A stretch of DNA of 64,000 nucleotides, taken from positions 162,274 through 226,273 of the forward strand of contig JAWLBL010000013.1 of assembly GCA_041687695.1 (NCBI GenBank), in the 5' to 3' direction. The first letter of the stretch is position 1. Each line of letters opens with the position of its first letter. Source of the stretch: Myxococcota bacterium (GTDB lineage: Bacteria; Myxococcota_A; UBA9042; PHBI01; JAWLBL01). Shown here piece after piece: positions 62,138 through 64,000 of this stretch. Under the pieces are notes generated by a model. The model saw nothing but the letters and a program-made list of their open reading frames with translations. It was not told where the DNA came from and searched no databases. Made by a program: the position numbers and the translations under genes.

Positions 62138-62626
62138 GTGCGCCCTCACACCCTCATCGCTCGAGCTACCTGGCGGCTGGGCCTCGGCATGGCCCTCCTC
62201 CTCGGGGCGACGGTCGGATGCGGCGCCGATCCCGAGGCGAACTCCGGCGCCGACGCCTACCGGAACCAGGCCGCGGCGATGCCCCTCGACGAGTGGATCA
62301 CGGACGATCTGTCGCTCGACGACGGCGATCGGACCGACTGGCGCTTCGTCGACCTCGCCAGCGACGGCAAGCTGACGGTCCAGTTCCACGCGGACGAAAA
62401 GAGCACGAGCGTGCAGCTGGGCGTCTACGACCGCTATGGCCAGCCCCTCGCGTCCGCTCAGCACCCGAGCGGCCGCACCGAGCCGGTGTCCTTCACGGTC
62501 CCCATCTCGGCCCCGGGCAGGGTGTTCATCAAGGTCCAGGCGACCGGGGGCGCGTCGTCGAGCTACACGTTGCGGGCCACGCAGGGCGAAGGGGACAAGG
62601 GCGGCGTCGACACCCCCGATTTCTGA
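62138..62626 (+). CDS. Hypothetical lipoprotein (PPC-like beta-sandwich)
   Basis: Lipobox TVGC; GDRTDW...YTLRA pattern; TTGACA-18-TACCGT promoter at 62041-62070. Confidence 0.6.
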   Translation: MRPHTLIARATWRLGLGMALLLGATVGCGADPEANSGADAYRNQAAAMPLDEWITDDLSLDDGDRTDWRFVDLASDGKLTVQFHADEKSTSVQLGVYDRYGQPLASAQHPSGRTEPVSFTVPISAPGRVFIKVQATGGASSSYTLRATQGEGDKGGVDTPDF

Positions 62627-62660
62627 CCGTCTTCCTTCGACGGCGTGGTGATCGAGAGAC

Positions 62661-63758
62661 ATGCGGAAGATCACGGGCACCGGCCTCACCGATGTGGGGC
62701 GCCAGCGCGACAACAACGAGGACGCGTTCGCAGTCGTCGAGGACCTGGGCCTCTACATCTGCTGCGACGGCATGGGCGGGCACGCGTCCGGTGAGGTCGC
62801 CAGCCGGATGACCGTCGACCACGCGGTCGACTTCCTCCGCCGTCACCTCCACACGCCGCCGAACGAGCTGCCCTACAAGGTCGCCCCGGGCGCGAGCCCC
62901 GCCGAGGCGCGCCTGTCCAACGCCATCCAGCACGCCAACGACCGCGTGTACATCGAGGGGATGAAGGACTCCAAGCTCGAGGGGATGGGGACGACCGTCG
63001 TCGCCGCCTGGACCCTCGACAAGGAGATCGTCCTCGCCCACGTCGGCGACAGTCGCATCTATCGCTGGAGCGGCTCGGGGACGCTCGAGCAGGTCACGCG
63101 CGATCACAGCCTGCTCAACTACAAGATCGATCGCGGCGAGCTGCGGACCCCCGAGGAGATCGCCGGCTTCAAGCAGGGCAACGTCATCGTCCGCGCCATC
63201 GGCCTCAAGGACTACGTCGAGCCCGAGGTCCAGACCCTGCCGCGGCGGCCCGGCGATCTGTTCCTGATGTGCTCCGACGGCCTGACGGACCTCGTCGACG
63301 ACTGGGCGCTCGAGAACGTCGTCGACGCCAACCACGACCACCTCGACGAGCTGGCCCGGTGCTGCATCCGCATGGCCAACGATCGGGGCGGCAAGGACAA
63401 CATCACCGTCGTCCTGGTGCGGGTCGACGACCGCGCCGCCGCGACGGCCGTGCCCGAGGTGCAGACCTTCCACGAGGAAGAGACGCAGCCCAACGGGATC
63501 AAGGCCTTCGATCTCGACACGCAGCCCAGCATGAAGGCGCTCGATCCGGCCCAGGCGCCGCACGTCCTCGAGGACCGCGAAGAGGACACCGAGCCCGGCC
63601 GCCCCGCCTTCCGCGACGAGGATCTCGCCGCCCCGATCGCAGGCTACGACGCCAACGACCTGCCGGTCCGCTTCGGCGAGTCCAAGGCCACCAGCACCAA
63701 GCGCGGTCGGGTCGAGGACCTGCCCAGCATCATCATCGACGATGAGCTGACGCGGTAG
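62661..63758 (+). CDS. Stp1/PrpC-type PP2C Ser/Thr phosphatase with acidic C-terminal tail
   Basis: TDVGRQRDNNED, CDGMGGH, GMGTT, HVGDSR, TRDHS, CSDGL, GGKDNIT. Confidence 0.93.
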   Translation: MRKITGTGLTDVGRQRDNNEDAFAVVEDLGLYICCDGMGGHASGEVASRMTVDHAVDFLRRHLHTPPNELPYKVAPGASPAEARLSNAIQHANDRVYIEGMKDSKLEGMGTTVVAAWTLDKEIVLAHVGDSRIYRWSGSGTLEQVTRDHSLLNYKIDRGELRTPEEIAGFKQGNVIVRAIGLKDYVEPEVQTLPRRPGDLFLMCSDGLTDLVDDWALENVVDANHDHLDELARCCIRMANDRGGKDNITVVLVRVDDRAAATAVPEVQTFHEEETQPNGIKAFDLDTQPSMKALDPAQAPHVLEDREEDTEPGRPAFRDEDLAAPIAGYDANDLPVRFGESKATSTKRGRVEDLPSIIIDDELTR

Positions 63759-63797
63759 GGGCGGGCCGACCACGCGTCGGTGGGCAATAGGAGTGGG

Positions 63798-63916
63798 GAG
63801 TGCAGGTAGCCTCCGCTCGGCCTTCGGTGAAGCGCGGTAGCCTACGGTTCGGTCATCGGTGAAGTGCGGTGGCTTACGGTTCGGGTATCGGTGAAGTGCG
63901 GTAGCCTCCGCTTCGG
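63798..63916 (+). repeat. Degenerate ~32-bp tandem repeat x~4
   Basis: GGT[AG]GC[CT]T cores at 63805, 63836, 63868 and 63900; TCGGTGAAG[CT]GCGGT three times. Confidence 0.8.
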
Positions 63917-63998
63917 CCGGCCTCAAGGGCTTTGTCCCCCTTGGCCGACCTGGCGGTCGGCCAATTCCTCGCGGACGACAAAGCCCTTGACCCCGGCC
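63915..63998. repeat. Nested inverted repeat (REP/MITE-like)
   Basis: TCAAGGGCTTTGTC (63923-63936) pairs with GACAAAGCCCTTGA (63977-63990), enclosing TTGGCCGACC-tggc-GGTCGGCCAA; outer GGCCGG/CCGGCC. Confidence 0.8.
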
Positions 63999-64000
63999 TA

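Noticed and set aside
61863..62140. tRNA-Pro or tRNA-Gln as an island integration site
   Set aside because: No integrase and no duplicated tRNA 3' end seen; flanking genes have host-like composition.
63798..63916. Possible CRISPR array
   Set aside because: The units are contiguous degenerate repeats with no unique spacers, and no cas genes are in the window.

Overview
Very GC-rich, gene-dense bacterial chromosomal segment with a Myxococcota/Deltaproteobacteria-like gene repertoire (an inference from Cys-rich surface repeat proteins, FHA/TPR and PP2C signalling genes, and many lipoproteins). About 58 CDS and 2 tRNAs (Gln-TTG, Pro-CGG). Housekeeping genes: cysS, def-fmt, rplY-pth-hppA-rpsF-rpsR-rplI-prmA-rsmE, secA, ribF, aroE, pabB-like, pspA, truA, udk, cdsA, tolQRAB, rpe. 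No integrase, transposase, prophage or CRISPR-cas was found. Best candidates for undescribed biology: (i) a five-gene, mostly translationally coupled partner-switching-like operon at 41886-48651 (tail-anchored STAS/Zn-ribbon protein, HAMP-PP2C sensor, exported TPR protein, periplasmic-binding protein, RsbW-like GHKL kinase; no sigma factor nearby); (ii) an FN3/CFI-box surface protein plus beta-barrel pair between a catalytically dead Asd paralogue and truA, whose sigma54 promoter is identical over 18 bp to that of an L,D-transpeptidase 6.5 kb away; (iii) an FHA-TM-TPR protein carrying an array of E-[KR]-T motifs, divergent from a Cys-decorated Tol system. All calls come from reading motifs by eye; no database searches were run.
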